62,734 nt of DNA from Chiloscyllium plagiosum (lineage: Eukaryota). Under the pieces are notes generated by a model. It saw only the letters and a list, made by a program, of their open reading frames with translations, had not been told where the DNA came from and did not search any database. This document shows, piece by piece, positions 36,488 through 49,030 of this stretch. Within the stretch, counting starts at the first letter, position 1. The number at the start of each line of letters is the position of its first letter. Position numbers and translations under genes: made by a program. The stretch is taken from the NCBI RefSeq assembly GCF_004010195.1, contig NC_057718.1:12970436-13033169 (forward strand). Direction: 5' to 3'.

Positions 36488-37300
36488 ACCACAAATTCAA
36501 CCCAAACTCTGGGTCAGATACGTTGATGACACATTTGTGAAATAGAGAAAGCACACCGGATCATCAACTCCACACTCACAGGAATCCGATTCACGAGAGA
36601 GGAAGAAAAGGACAACCAATTCCCATTCCTAGACATAATGGTACAGAGAACACCAAACGGAGAATTCACCACAAAGGTATACAGGAAAGCCACACACACA
36701 GACCAAGTCCTGAACTACGAAAGCAACCACCCCAATACACACAAACGAAGTTGCATCAAGACACTTTTCAAAAGGGCCACAACACACTGCAGCACACCAG
36801 AACTGCAAAAAGAGGAAGAGGAACACCTGTACAAGGTATTCGCCAAAAACGGATATCCTGTTTGGCTTGCCTTATAATGGTAGTGTTGTCCCAGTCGAAT
36901 TCATGTTGCTTGTCGTCTTTGTGTGTGGCTACTAAGGATAGCTGGTTGTGGCTACCCTTAGTAGCCACACACGTAGACGACAATCAACATGAATTTGACT
37001 GGGACAACATTACCATTATAGGGCAAGCCAAACAAAGGACAGCCAGGGAATTCCTAGAAGCATGGCACTCATCCACAAACTCCATCAACAAACACATCGA
37101 CCTGGACCCAATATACCGGCCACTACAGCGGACAGCTGAAACTGACAACCGGAAGCGGCAGGGACAGGCCACTATAAATGCCGGAGGTAACACTACAGAA
37201 GCGCTTCACAGGAGGCTCCCAAGCACTGAGGATGTCACCTAGACAGGGGACGAAACGTTTGCAACAAAAACTTCCACCTCGGCGAACAGAACCACAGCAA
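36488..37300 (+). mobile_element. Penelope-like retroelement 3' fragment nested in the DNA transposon
   Basis: RT PKLWVRYVDDTFV, FPFLDIMV, KVYRKATHTDQVLNYESNHP; GIY-YIG C-terminus AREFLEAWHS; pLTR with hammerhead core at 37226-37259. Confidence 0.9.
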
Positions 37301-38989
37301 CACCTCTTTGATGTAATGTTTCTATCAGGACCTTGAGATCTTCTTCGGATCATCTGATATTCAGATAATTGATAATTGGATAATCAGGGTTCCTCTGTAT
37401 ACCTTCTGGCCACCTCTAGGGCAGCGCGTCTCCTTCCCTGGGATGACGGTACACAGGGCAGTCAACAAGTTTTCTAGATCTCGGCCTGCTCCTACACTTC
37501 TTCCGGCTCTTGGCTGCTCTGACACACCTTCCAGCCATCTCTAGGACAGCTCTCTTCGGGCCGACAGCATTCAGAACAGCCTACCCACCTTCCGGCTCTT
37601 GGGGTAGTCTACCCACCTTCAGGTTCACAGGATAGCCTACCCACCCTCTGGCTCTTGGGGCAGCCAATCCACCTTCAGGTTCACAGCACAGCCTACCCAC
37701 TCTCTGGCTCTTGGGATGACCTATGAGCCTCCCCGCTCACAGTAAGGCCTGCCAGACCCAGGAACACTCAAGACAGTGCAAGTGATGAATCCAACAAGCA
37801 ACAAGACAGAGTCAATTATCAACAAACAGCGTCTCTTCTAGTACAGAGTTCATTACCATAAACAGTTCTCTTCAAAATGCAGTGTCCATTCCCAGGAACA
37901 GAGTCCACTCCAGTAAACAAAGTGCATTGTCAGAAATAGAGCCCACTCCAAACCACAGAGTTCATTGCCAAAAACAGAGTCCACAACCAAGGGCAGAGTT
38001 CAGTCCTGAAGGCAGCAAATGCACACCCCACAGTATACACACAGGTGTTCAGTCTCCAAAGAGTCCTGGCCCATCCATAGAGAACCAGGCCCTCTCACGG
38101 GAACATAGTACATTGTAAAGGTGCAGTTAACTCACAGGGGTTCGGTCAACTCCCAAAGGCAGGGTGTACTCCCAAACTCCAGGATACAGCAAGTGCTCAC
38201 CTCCTAGCACACACAGATGTTCAGTCTTTGCAGAGGCCTAGTCCAAGGGTCAAGTGTTCATCTCCCAGCACACACTAATGTTCAGTCTTTGCAGAGGCCT
38301 AGTCCGAGGGTCAGGCCTACCCACAGGAACAGCTCATCTGGTAAGATGTATTTTCTCACAAGGGCTCAGTCCAAACACCAAAAAACAGTGAAGACACATA
38401 CAAAAACAAACAAAAATAGAGTGCAAGGGCTAAGCCCTGCCACATAATCAACACGGTCCTTTTCTCAAAGTAGAAAAGTTACATAGGCTGTGACCAGCCA
38501 GTGAAACAATAGTTCCCTAATGATAACTGAGTTATACCTGAAACACAATGACTGTGTCAATTAGGCAGTTTAGAAATCAGTCCTCAATAAAAAAAAAATA
38601 CCAGTTAACAAACTAGCTATATGGTTCAGGATTTGAAACAGATCATGATATGATACTTAAGACATTGCATCAATCTTCAGAAGAAATTACAGGTACTTAG
38701 CTTTGGCTGGATAGTAACTGGGATGCAAAACCTGATTCTATTTTATCAAGTGCCAAATTTAATCAGTGTTTGAGTTTTTAACTTTAGTGCTGAAACTAGC
38801 CTATGTTGGCAGTGAAGTGAAGTGCTGGGAGATGGAGTTTTGGACATCCCTGGAAATTCCAGAAGGGAAGTGATTGAAGACAAGTTGGGATCAAGTATTT
38901 TTTAAGACTTCAGACTTATGAAATTTTCACCCCTTCCCACTCCAAACGCCTTCTTTTATGCACTAAAATTCTTTGTAGCAAATACTTAC

Positions 38990-39069
38990 AATTCTAAAAT
39001 TGGCTTGAAAGGAGTTTTGTAATAAACCCTAATGGGACAACCGAATCTTTTTCTGTTGTAAAACACAAG
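38990..39069 (-). CDS. catspere: CatSper epsilon coding exon LVFYNRKRFGCPIRVYYKTPFKPILE(L)
   Basis: Acceptor ...ttttatttctag, 80 nt, donor gtaagt; phase 0 to 2. The GCP..V.Y...F.P..L motif is recalled from CatSper delta/epsilon. Confidence 0.88.
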
Positions 39070-41341
39070 CTAGAAATAAAATAATTTTGAAAGAAAAGTT
39101 TGAACACATATTATATAATTCATTTTAAAAAGCTGTAAGTTTATACTTCTGTCATTTTATAGGACAGAACTTCAATATTGCTTGAAAAAACACAAATTGT
39201 TGAAGCTTTTTGACTTGCATTCATCAGGACATTCACATGAATGCCAATGTAAAGGGGAAATAACATTGATAGGGTACAAGAAGAGACTGCTGATTGGCAA
39301 ATGGACTCTGAGTAGTATCAATCAGTTGATGTATGATGGTTAACTGCCAAGCTTTGTTTAAATTTAAACCAGACTAAAATAACTCAATGAAGGCTGGTAT
39401 CCCATCACCAAGTCACCCTTTATTTAACATGTGCACAGTACATGTCATTGACCCAGTAGCCACAGTACCCCTGAAACTCTTATTTACATCTATCAGCCAG
39501 GATTTCCTGATTGGACCAGGTTAACAACCCCAATCAGGGAACTCATATTCTACGATATCCATCTGGCTAACCTTATACCATTCACGACATCGCTCCTTCT
39601 CCAAGTCCTCGGATGTAGGACCATTCTTTTTCTGTGGCTCTCCTGAGCCATTTTTGCACGAGGGTCAACTTTGCCTTGGACACTAGTATCATGTACTGGA
39701 ACATCATGTACCCAGAGCATCTCAGCTGAAATTCATTTTCTTCTTCAGGCGGTAACAGTGTCAAGGCTGCAGCATCTACTGTGCCCATCTCATCCTCAGA
39801 GGTTTCTTCGATGTGATATAGAGGGGGAAGAACCCAGGAGTTCTGACAGCCTTGTTGGATGTTCTGAGGGGCCAGGTATGTTTTGTTCCTGCCCCATTTC
39901 TGAGGTTGCAGCTTTCATGTGGTTCAGGAACACCTCTCCTACATGAACTTTATACATCACGGGACCTGACCTTGCATCGACCATGCTTCTTATCAATGTA
40001 GGGCCATTCCTGTAGTTTTGACACCAAACTTCTCACTGGAAGTAAATTGCTTCCTTTGCTTTGAGGAGTTGTGTCCAGTATTAGAGTTCACCCTTCCCCA
40101 CCCGGTCCGGAAAGATTAGATTTAACCTGGTACAGAGTCTTCTCCCCATTAGCAACTCTGCTAGAGCTGTCCCTGTAGTTGCGTGGGGGTGGGTCCTATC
40201 ATCAAAAAGGAACCAGGACAGTTTGGTATCGAGTGAAGCTGTATGCTCTTTCTTCAAAGTTTGGACTGCTCTTTTTGCCAAATCAATAAAATGGTCTGGA
40301 GCTAATGCTGAATGTCATTTAACTTTAGGAAATACTGAAATTCCTGCTAGTAAATGATAGCCCGCAGTCTGTGTCCAACACTTCCAGGAGCCCATATATT
40401 GCAAAAGATGCTCACAACTTTTCATTGTCGTTTCAGTGTTTGACGAGTAAACTCTATTCACATCCAACAACTTTGAATAGGCATCCACAATGACTAAAAA
40501 CATAAAGCCCATGAAAGGACTGGTGTAATCGATGAGTAACTGAGTCCAAGGTTTACCTGCCCATTCCTATGGCTCTGGCGGATTTTGTAATTTTTGTCTT
40601 CATTGGTACTCTGCGCACTGCCCCACCAGCATGGTTACATTGGCATCCAATGCTGGCCACCAGTCGTAACTTCTCACCAACATGTTCATTTTCGAAACCC
40701 CTGAATGACCCTGGTGGAGTTCAGCCAGTATCTGGCAGTGATCTTTGCTCTGGGAATCACTATCGCTTCCCACAATGATATGCCGTCCTCGTTGGTGACC
40801 TGGTCTCACCAGAACTAGAAATGTTTCAATTCTGGTTATGATTGCCCTTTTGTTTCCCACAACATCACCAGATGTCTTAGTTTTTCCAGGATGGACCTTT
40901 CTGTATTCACAGTCTGATATTATCAGCGGTGATTGGGTGTCCACAAAGTTTAAAAGCAGATCAGATTTTTCTAGTGGCAGCACCACTGATGGTGTATATG
41001 CCAGTCGGAGGTGGCTCAATGCATCCGCATTTGCCACTTGACCTTCTAGATGGTGTTTCAACCTGTAATGGTATGCATCACAGTAACAGTCCATCGCTGA
41101 ATTTGACCTGAAGCTATGGGTGGCATAGCCCTGTGCTCTTTAAGTAGCCCTAGCAGCAGTTTGTGGTCCATTACTATTATAAACATACGTCCATAACGGT
41201 ACTGGTGGAACTTTCTCACACCAAAATTGACCGTTAAACCTTCTTTCTCTATCTGGATGTATCTTCATTTGGCATCAGCCAAAGTCCAGGAAGCACAAAC
41301 TATCCTGTGTTCCTCTCCTCTGGGCCACCAGTGAGCCATCA

Positions 41342-44300
41342 CAAATTAATGGCTGAAAACGTGATGTATTATTCAGGAATTCAGGTTTTTGGACAATTGG
41401 AATCTGTCCTGGAACAGAAAAGTTTTGTTCAAAAAGGCTGGGTTTAACCTGAAATGCAAACAGACCAATATCTTATGGGAGATTTGCTAGTTCCATTAAC
41501 AGAGACTTTGTATTGTTAGAGAGGTGGAGTAGAGAAATTCTAAGTAGCAGTTTAAACATAAAGATTGATGAGGGAGGTTCTGAATCTGAAAAGACCAAGT
41601 CAATTAGAAAAGAAAAACAAGAGAAAGTCAGAGAACATAGTAACTCTGAAGAATTAAATTGCATTTATTTCAATGCAAGGGGTTTTACAGGTAAGGCTGA
41701 TGAACTCAGGGCACGTTTAGGAACATGGCATTGGAACATCATAGTTATTACAAAAACTTGGGTAGGGAATGGACGAGACTGGCAGCTCAACATTCTGGGT
41801 TTTAAATGCTATAGGAGGATAGAAAGGGAGGTACGAAAGTATGTGGAGTGGTGTTTCTGATTAGAGAAAACATTTATACTCTAACTCGAAAAGATAATTC
41901 TGAAAAGTTATCCAGTAAAAATATATTGGTAGAAATTAGAAATAAGAAAGGAACAAGAAATCCCTTGATGAGATTGTACTATAGGCCTCTAACAGTCAGA
42001 CATAGAAATTGAGAAACAAATATGTAGAGAGGTCTCAGATACGTGTTAGCATAATAAGGTTTTAATAATAGGGATTTTAATTTTCCAAATATTGATGGGG
42101 GTACCATAGTGTTGAAGGTTTGGATGGTGAAGAACTTATCAAATGTGTTCAAGAAAATTTTCTTTACCAATATATGGATGTTCCAACTAGAGAAGGAGCA
42201 AAACTTTACCTTCTCTTGGGCAATAAAGCAGGGCATATGACTGAAGTGAAATAGGGGAACACTTCGGGTCGAGGGATCATAATAATATTAGCTTTAAAAT
42301 GGTTATGGTAAAGGATAAGCCTTCCATAAAAGTTTTTAATTGATGTAGGGCAAATTTTAATGGTATCAGACAAGATCTTTCAAAAATTGTTTAGAGTAGA
42401 CTGTTCACAGGTAAAAGGACATCTAACAAATGGAAGGCTTTCAAGAGTGTGATGACGAGTATTCAGAGACATTTCGTTCCAGTTAGAATGAAGTGTAAGG
42501 CTGGTAAAATTAAGGAACAATGGTTGAATAAAGATATTGGGGTTCTGGTCAAGAACAAAAGAGAATCTTATATTAGATATAGACAACGGGGTTCAAATGA
42601 ATCTCTTAACCAATATGAAGAGTGGAGGGGCATTCTTAATAAGGAAATTAGGAAAGCAAATAGGGGATATAAGATACCATTAGCAGATAAGGTCAAGAAT
42701 AATCCAAAGAGATTCTACAAGTATATTAAGAGTAGCAAGGTAACTAGAGAGAGGATAAAGCCCCTTAAAAATCAAAGAGATTGTCTTTGTGTTGAACCCC
42801 AGGAGATGGGAGAGATGTTAATGAATATTTTGCATCAGTTTTTACTATGGAGAAAGAAATAGAGGCTGAAGAACTCAAGAAAAAAAATATATGTTTTAAA
42901 AACAGTGCACATTACAGAAGAGGAGGTTTTGAAGGTCACAGAGAATATAAAGGTGAATAAATCTCCAGGACATCATCTAATCACATTAGTGGTGGGCAAG
43001 TTGTTGGAGGAGATTTACATGTATTTAGAAAGGCAAGGACTGATTAGGGTTAGTCAACATGGCTTTGTGCATAAGAAATCGTGACTCACTAACTTGATTC
43101 CATTTTTTTGAAGAAGTAACAAAGAGGATTGATGAGGGCAGAGTGGTGTACGTGATCTGTGTGGACTTCAGTAAGGCATTTGACAAGATTCCTCATTGTT
43201 TAGCAAGGTTGGATCACATGGAACACAGGGAGAACTAGCCATTTAGATTCAGAACTGGCTAGAAAGTGGTGGTGGAGGGTTACTTTTCAGACTGGAGGCC
43301 TGTGACCAGTGATGTGCCACAAGGATTGGTGCTGGGTCCACTGTGTTTTGGCATTTATAGAAATGATTTGAATGTGAACATAGGAGGTATGGATAGTAAG
43401 TTTGCAGACGATACCAAACTTGGTGGTGTAATGGGCAGCAAAGAACATTACCTCAGAGTACAACGGGATCTTGATCAGATGGGCCAGTGGGCCAAGGACT
43501 AGCAGATTTAAATAAGTGTGAGCTGAGGCATTTTGGAAAGGCAAATCAGGACAGAACTAATACACTAAAGATAAGGTCCTGGGGACTGTTGCTGAACAAA
43601 GAGACCTTGGAGTGCAGGTTCATAGTTCCTTAAAAGTGAAGTTCAAGATAGATACGATAGTGGAGAAGGTGTTTGGTATGCTCTCCTTTATTGGTAAGTG
43701 CATTGAGGAGAGGGATTGGGAGGTCATGTTGCAGCTGTAGAGTTCATTGGTTAGGCCACTTTTACAATACTGCATTCAGTTCTGGTCTCCCTGCTATAGG
43801 AAGAATGTAGTTAAACTTGAAAGGGTTCAGAAAAGATATACAGGGATCTTGCTACGGCTGAAGGGTTTGAGTTTTAGGGAGAGGCTGAATAGGCTAGGGC
43901 AAACGTCCCTGGAGCATCACAGGCTGAGGGGTGACCTTATAGAGGCTGATAAAATTAGGAGGGGCATTGATAGGATGAATAGCCAAAGTATTTTCTCCGG
44001 GGTGGGAGAGTACAAAACCAGAGGGTATAGATTTAAGATGAGAGGGGAAAGATTTTAAAAGGACCTAATGGGCATCTTTTTTGTACAGTGTGTGTATGGA
44101 ATGAGGAAGCTGCCAGAAGAAGTGGTGGAGGCTAGTACAATTACGATATTTAAAAGGCATGTGGATGGGTATATGCAAAGGAAGGGTTTAGACGGATATG
44201 GGTCAAATGTGACTAGATTAATTTCGGACATCTGGCGTGGATGAATTGGACGAAGAGTCTGTTTCCATGCTGTACAGCCTTTTACTCTATGACTGTGACT

Positions 44301-45840
44301 AATGTATCCCAGAACAGCTGTGAGAAGTAAGGGTGGAAATTGCAAGGTCCCTTGCAGAAATTATTTACATCACCTGTAACCATAGGTGAAGTACCGGATG
44401 ACTGGACAGCAGCTAACGTTGTGCCTTTATTTAAGATGGGTTGTAAGGAGAAACTGGGGAACTACAGACTTGTGGGTCTGACTTCAGTTGTGGATATGTT
44501 GTTGGAGGTGATTCTAAAAGATAGGATCTATAAAAATTTAGAGGTAAAAATTGATTAGGAATAGTCAGCATGGTTTTGTGTGAGGAAAACTGCGTATCAC
44601 AAATTTGATTGAGGGAGTATTTTGAGAAAGTTACCCAAAATGATCGATGAGGGCAGGGCAATAGACTTTGTTTACTTGGACTTTAATAAAGCTTTGACAA
44701 GATTCTGCAATGGTAGACTAATTAGTAAAGTTAGGTCACATGGAATTCAGGGTGAATTTGCCAATTGAATACATAATTGGTTTAACAACAGGAGACAGAG
44801 TGGTAATAGAAGGTTGCTTTTTGGACTGGAGGCCTGTCACCAGCACTGTTCCACAAGAATCAGTTCTGGGTCCTTTTTTGTTTGTCATTTATATAAATGA
44901 TTAGGATAAGAATATAAAAGGCATGGTTAGTAAATTTGCAAATTACCAAAATTGGCAACATAGTAGACAGTAAAGAAAGTTATGTAAGATTACAAAGGGA
45001 TCTTGATCAATTGGGTCAGTTGGGTAAAAAATGGCAGATGGAGTTCAATTTGGGTAAATGTGAGGTATTATATTTTGGTACAACAAACAAGGACAGGAAT
45101 AATACAGTTCATAGTAGGGCCTTGGTTAGTGCTGTAGAATAGAAGGACATAGGGGTTCAGGTATATAATTCTTTAAAGTTTGCACCACATACGGGCAGGG
45201 TGATTAAAAAGGCATTTAGCACACTTGCCTTCATTGCTCAGTCCTTTAAGTACAGGAGTCGAGAAGTCACGATGAGGGTGCACATAACATTGGTGAGGCT
45301 TCTTCTGGAGTACTGTGTCCAGTTCTGGTCGCCTTGATATAAGAAGTATATTATTAAGCTAGAGGGGGTTCAGAAGACATTTACCAGGATGTTGCTGGGT
45401 ATGGAAGATTTAAGTTATAAAGAAACGCTGGATAGGCTGGAACATTTTTCACTGGAGCATAAAAGGCTAAGAAATAACCTTATAGAGGTTAATAAAATTA
45501 TGAAAGGTATAGATAGGGTTAATGGTAGGTATCTTTTCCTTAAGATGGGGGATTTCAAGACAACCGGGCATACTTTTAAGGTGAGAGGACAGACATTTAA
45601 AAAAAATATGGGGGCACATTCTTTACATAGAGGGTAGTTCACAGGTGGAATGAACTTCCTGAGGAAGTGGTGGGTGTGGGCACAGTTACAATATTTAAAA
45701 GACAATTAGAAAAGTACATGAATACGAAAGGTTGGAAGGATATGGGCCAGGACCAGGCAGGTGAGATTGGTTTAGTTTCGGAATATATTTGGCATGGACT
45801 GGTTGAACTGAATGATCAATTTCTATATATGCATTTATAG
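41342..45840 (+). mobile_element. CR1 LINE (ORF1 end plus ORF2) inserted into Gypsy RNase H
   Basis: LNCIYFNARG endonuclease start and RT remnants; the Gypsy frame resumes on both sides. Confidence 0.88.
42982..44298 (+). mobile_element. 5'-truncated CR1 inserted into the CR1 above
   Basis: 5-bp TSD CTAAT (42977-42981 and 44299-44303); own SKFADDTK RT core and (TCTATGAC)-type tail; the host CR1 resumes exactly after the TSD. Confidence 0.85.
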
Positions 45841-46344
45841 GACTACCCTGATACGTATGGGAAGGCATCACATCTCAGGACAACATCTTGCTTAGGATCA
45901 TAGTGTGCCAGCACCTTAGATGACAACAGCTGCTTTGTCAGCTCCCTAAAGGCTACATCTTGGCTATAAGACAATTTCCAAGGCTGACCCTTTTTCAATA
46001 GCAGGTGAAAGGGTGCCAGGATGGATGAAATGTTATAATCGAACTCTCCGTAGTAATTCACTAATCCAAAGAAAGACCTAAGCTCTGGGACGAATGTGGG
46101 AGCTAGGGCACCTTTGATTGCCCTCAATTTATATTCTAACTGGTGTAACCCGGTCTTGTTGATGTTGTAGACCAAGTGGGTCTCTTGGGGCATGTGGAAC
46201 ATTGTTTTCTTCCAAAGGTGTACACTCGCCTTGAAGAAATGTTTAAGCACTATGGCCAAGTTCTCTAAATGCTCATTATGGTTGTTACCCATTATTAGCA
46301 CATCATCCAGATAAATGGCAACCTGAGGTAGACCTTGTAAGATA

Positions 46345-46780
46345 AGACCATAAGACATTGGAGTGGAAGTAAGACCTTTAAGCCATCGAGGCCACTCAGC
46401 CATTCAATCATAGCTGATGGGCATTTCAACACCACTTATCCACACTCTCACTTAATTTCTTGTGAGATTGAGAATTTATCAATCTCTGCCCTGAAGACAT
46501 TTAACTTCCCGTCCTCCACTGCGCTCTGTGACAATGAATTCCACAGGCCCATCAATCTCTGGCTGAAGAAATGTCTCCTCATTTCCATTTTAAATTGACC
46601 CCCTTTAATTCTAAGGCTGCACCCATGTGTCCCGGTATCCCCGCCTGACGGAAACAAATTCCCAGCGTACATCCCTTCTAAGCCATGCATTATCTTGTAA
46701 GTTTCCAATAGATCTCCCCTCAACCTTCTATACTCTAATGAATACAATCCCAGGATCCTCAACCATTCATCATAATGTTC
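46345..46780 (-). mobile_element. CR1 3' fragment inserted in Gypsy RT
   Basis: LGLYSLEYRRLRGDLLETYKI..FFSQR..LWNSL; short-repeat tail near 46345. Confidence 0.8.
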
Positions 46781-47537
46781 TCCATCATTTGCTGAAAATG
46801 GCACAGGCTGATGATATTCCAAAAGGCAGTCTTGCATATTCATACAAAGGCTTGTAGATTTTAATTGCAGCAAACCTCTCTCTGGGAATCCTCACCTAAT
46901 TGCAATTGCAGGTAAGCATGGCTCATGTCTAGATTCATGAAGGACAGACTTCCTGCCAGTTTTGTGTACAAGTTCTCTATGCGAGAGATTGGGTATTTGA
47001 TCATAGTGCATGATACTGACCCAGCAAGCTAAGTGCTGGCCCCGAGAGTGAACAGAATATCCGATACTCCTGTTTGTATCTGTCCGTCAGGAATACCTGA
47101 TTGGACCAGGTTACCCCCCTCCCCCCAACCACCACAATCAGGGAACTTACATTTTTTGAGATCTGCCTGGTGGCCTCATTCCAACAACTAAACAGACAGG
47201 TTGACTCTGAATAGTCAAGGCGTTGCCTTGAGGAATAAACCAGAGAATGGCTGACACTGATTCTATTAAATTGGAGCAAGTGCGAAGTATATACATGGTA
47301 TTTCTAACTGCAAAGTGTAGGGCTCTATTTATGAATACATCTAGTTTCAATATATGCTAATGTTCTTCACTGTAAGCCCGACCTACAATCTTAAATTACT
47401 TGTCACCATATATTTGTAACACACTCAGAACTACTTAACGCGTGTTTTCCAATTGTGGAATCATTGTGGTTTGAATTTTGCATGCATAGCTGGTTGGACA
47501 TAGTCAGTATCTTAACTGCTGTAAACAGGTGAAGGGA

Positions 47538-47688
47538 CAAAAAGACATTCTGCCTCTCACACAATTGAGTTAGATGGTACATGATTCGCTAGTCATTGAG
47601 ATGTAGGGTCTACATACCTAATATCACACTGGCACTGAAATTCATGTACCATCTAACTCAATTGTGTGAGAGGCAGAATGTCTTTTTG
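47538..47688. repeat. Perfect 47-bp inverted repeat with 57-nt spacer
   Basis: 47538-47584 is the exact reverse complement of 47642-47688. Confidence 0.95.
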
Positions 47689-47774
47689 GCTTGAGGGAAA
47701 GATCCTACTTGTGGTGAACACCAATTGGGTTGCTACTGTATATTAGTGGTGTAAAACAGCCAGCTACATTTCTG

Positions 47775-47900
47775 GGAGAAAATGAGGACTGCAGATGCTG
47801 GAGATCAGAGCTGAAAAATGTGTTGCTGGAAAAGCGCAGCAGGTCAGGCAGCATCCAAGGAGCAGGAGAATCGACGTTTCGGGCATAAGCCCTTCCTTTT
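47775..47900 (-). mobile_element. Single-arm mini-element of the 2293/6998 family
   Basis: Perfect 14-bp duplication CAGCTACATTTCTG (47761-47774 and 47901-47914). Confidence 0.85.
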
Positions 47901-48304
47901 CAGCTACATTTCTGTTAAAGATTTAGAGATATATTACTTTTCCAAAGCAAATTGAGTTACAATAGACACCTGAAGACTGCAAGTTGTTCATGATTTATAT
48001 GATAAATATGAGAAGTGATCTGATCAGCATTGCCACTATCTTTCAGGATGGCTTTGTTGCGCCCTATTTCAGCATCAGGTTTGCACACTTACCATGTTGC
48101 TCAAAACCATTTATAAGGTCACTGTTAAGGCCATGGAACAATATGAATGCCAAGGCATATACTGACCAATGAAGGTAGACTTGTGGTAGGTGGTATTCTT
48201 GTGAGTGTCCCAATGATTGCAAGACGATCAGCTTTGACAATTTGTATCTCTTTTCTGCGTTATTTAACTTAGTTAAATTAGGATTCAGAGTTTAGAAGAC
48301 TCAC

Positions 48305-48338
48305 CACATCCTTCTCCTGAGGTTCCCTTAATACTGAC
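48305..48338 (-). CDS. catspere: CatSper epsilon 34-nt coding exon (G)SVLREPQEKDV
   Basis: Acceptor ...ctttcttgtttag, 34 nt, donor gtgagt; phase 2 to 0, exactly the phase change needed between the flanking exons. Confidence 0.8.
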
Positions 48339-48609
48339 CTAAACAAGAAAGGGTCATTATAAGGTACAGAAATGTATTTTCATTCTGAAAACTAAACTAT
48401 TTGAGATTTTTTTAACAAAGCTACAGCCTGCTCTGCCACTCGATAAAATTAATGCCTAATTCCCATCTACCCTCAGTAACATCTCACCCATTTGCTTATC
48501 AAACGTTTATTTAATTTCACACTGAAAGTATTCAAGAACTCTGCTTCCAATTTCTTTTGAATAAAAGGTTCCCTTTGAGAGAACAAAATCTCCTTACCTC
48601 TGTCTTAAA

Positions 48610-49030
48610 TGGACTGGAAGAAGAACGCCTCATCTTCCACTTTGGGACCCTTCAACCATAAAGCATCAATGTCAACTTCACTCATTTCCAAATCTCCCCT
48701 CCCCCGACCTCATTCTAGATCCAACCCTCCAACTCGGCATTGCCCTCTTGACCTGTCCCACCTGTCCATCTTCCTTTCTACCTATCTGCTCCATCTTCCC
48801 CACTGACCTATCACAATCAGCAACCCACCCACATCCTTATATCACCTTTCCAGCTATCTTCACCCTTCTATTTATTTCTCAGCCCCTTCCCCGACACATT
48901 CCTGATGAAGGGCTTACGCCTGCAATGTTGATTCTTCTGCTCCTCGGATGATGCCTGACCTGCTGTGCTTTTCCAGTGCCACACTTTTCAACTGTGACTC
49001 TTCAGCATCGGCACTCCTCATTTTCTCCTA
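48610..49030 (+). mobile_element. Penelope-like 3' fragment
   Basis: LEEERLIFHFGTLQP remnant, pyrimidine tract, CTGATGA at ~48902, then the same pLTR end as the mini-elements. Confidence 0.75.

Larger units (their letters stand above)
35820..37397. mobile_element. Non-autonomous Tc1/mariner (Tigger/pogo-like) DNA transposon
   Basis: TIR CAGAGGAACCTCGATTATCC and GGATAATCAGGGTTCCTCTG; TA TSD (35818-19 and 37398-99). It interrupts an array unit that resumes afterwards. Confidence 0.85.
30095..38620. repeat. Diverged tandem array of ~2-kb units with internal minisatellites
   Basis: Landmark TGCAAGGGCTAA at ~30807, 32613, 34893 and 38421; GAAACAACAGTT.CCTAATGA at ~30953, 32696, 33095, 34975 and 38503; internal CCTACCCACCTTCCGGCTCT repeats. 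Confidence 0.85.
39388..47194 (-). mobile_element. Decayed Ty3/Gypsy retrotransposon split by CR1 insertions
   Basis: 3' LTR ~39388-39589 with adjacent PPT; integrase (ELHQGHSG, VIVDAYSK, AKRAVQTLK); RNase H (VLRCDA.PY); RT YLDD at ~46300; LTR-like segment ~47000-47194. gag and protease are missing. Confidence 0.8.

Noticed and set aside
35946..36545. Long overlapping ORFs on both strands
   Set aside because: Produced by the CA microsatellite and C-rich sequence; only the last codons belong to Penelope RT.
30095..38620. Repeat array as a CRISPR-like locus or a tandem protein-coding gene family
   Set aside because: No constant short repeat with unique spacers and no cas genes in a vertebrate context. 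ORFs such as 31695-32150 are not preserved between units.
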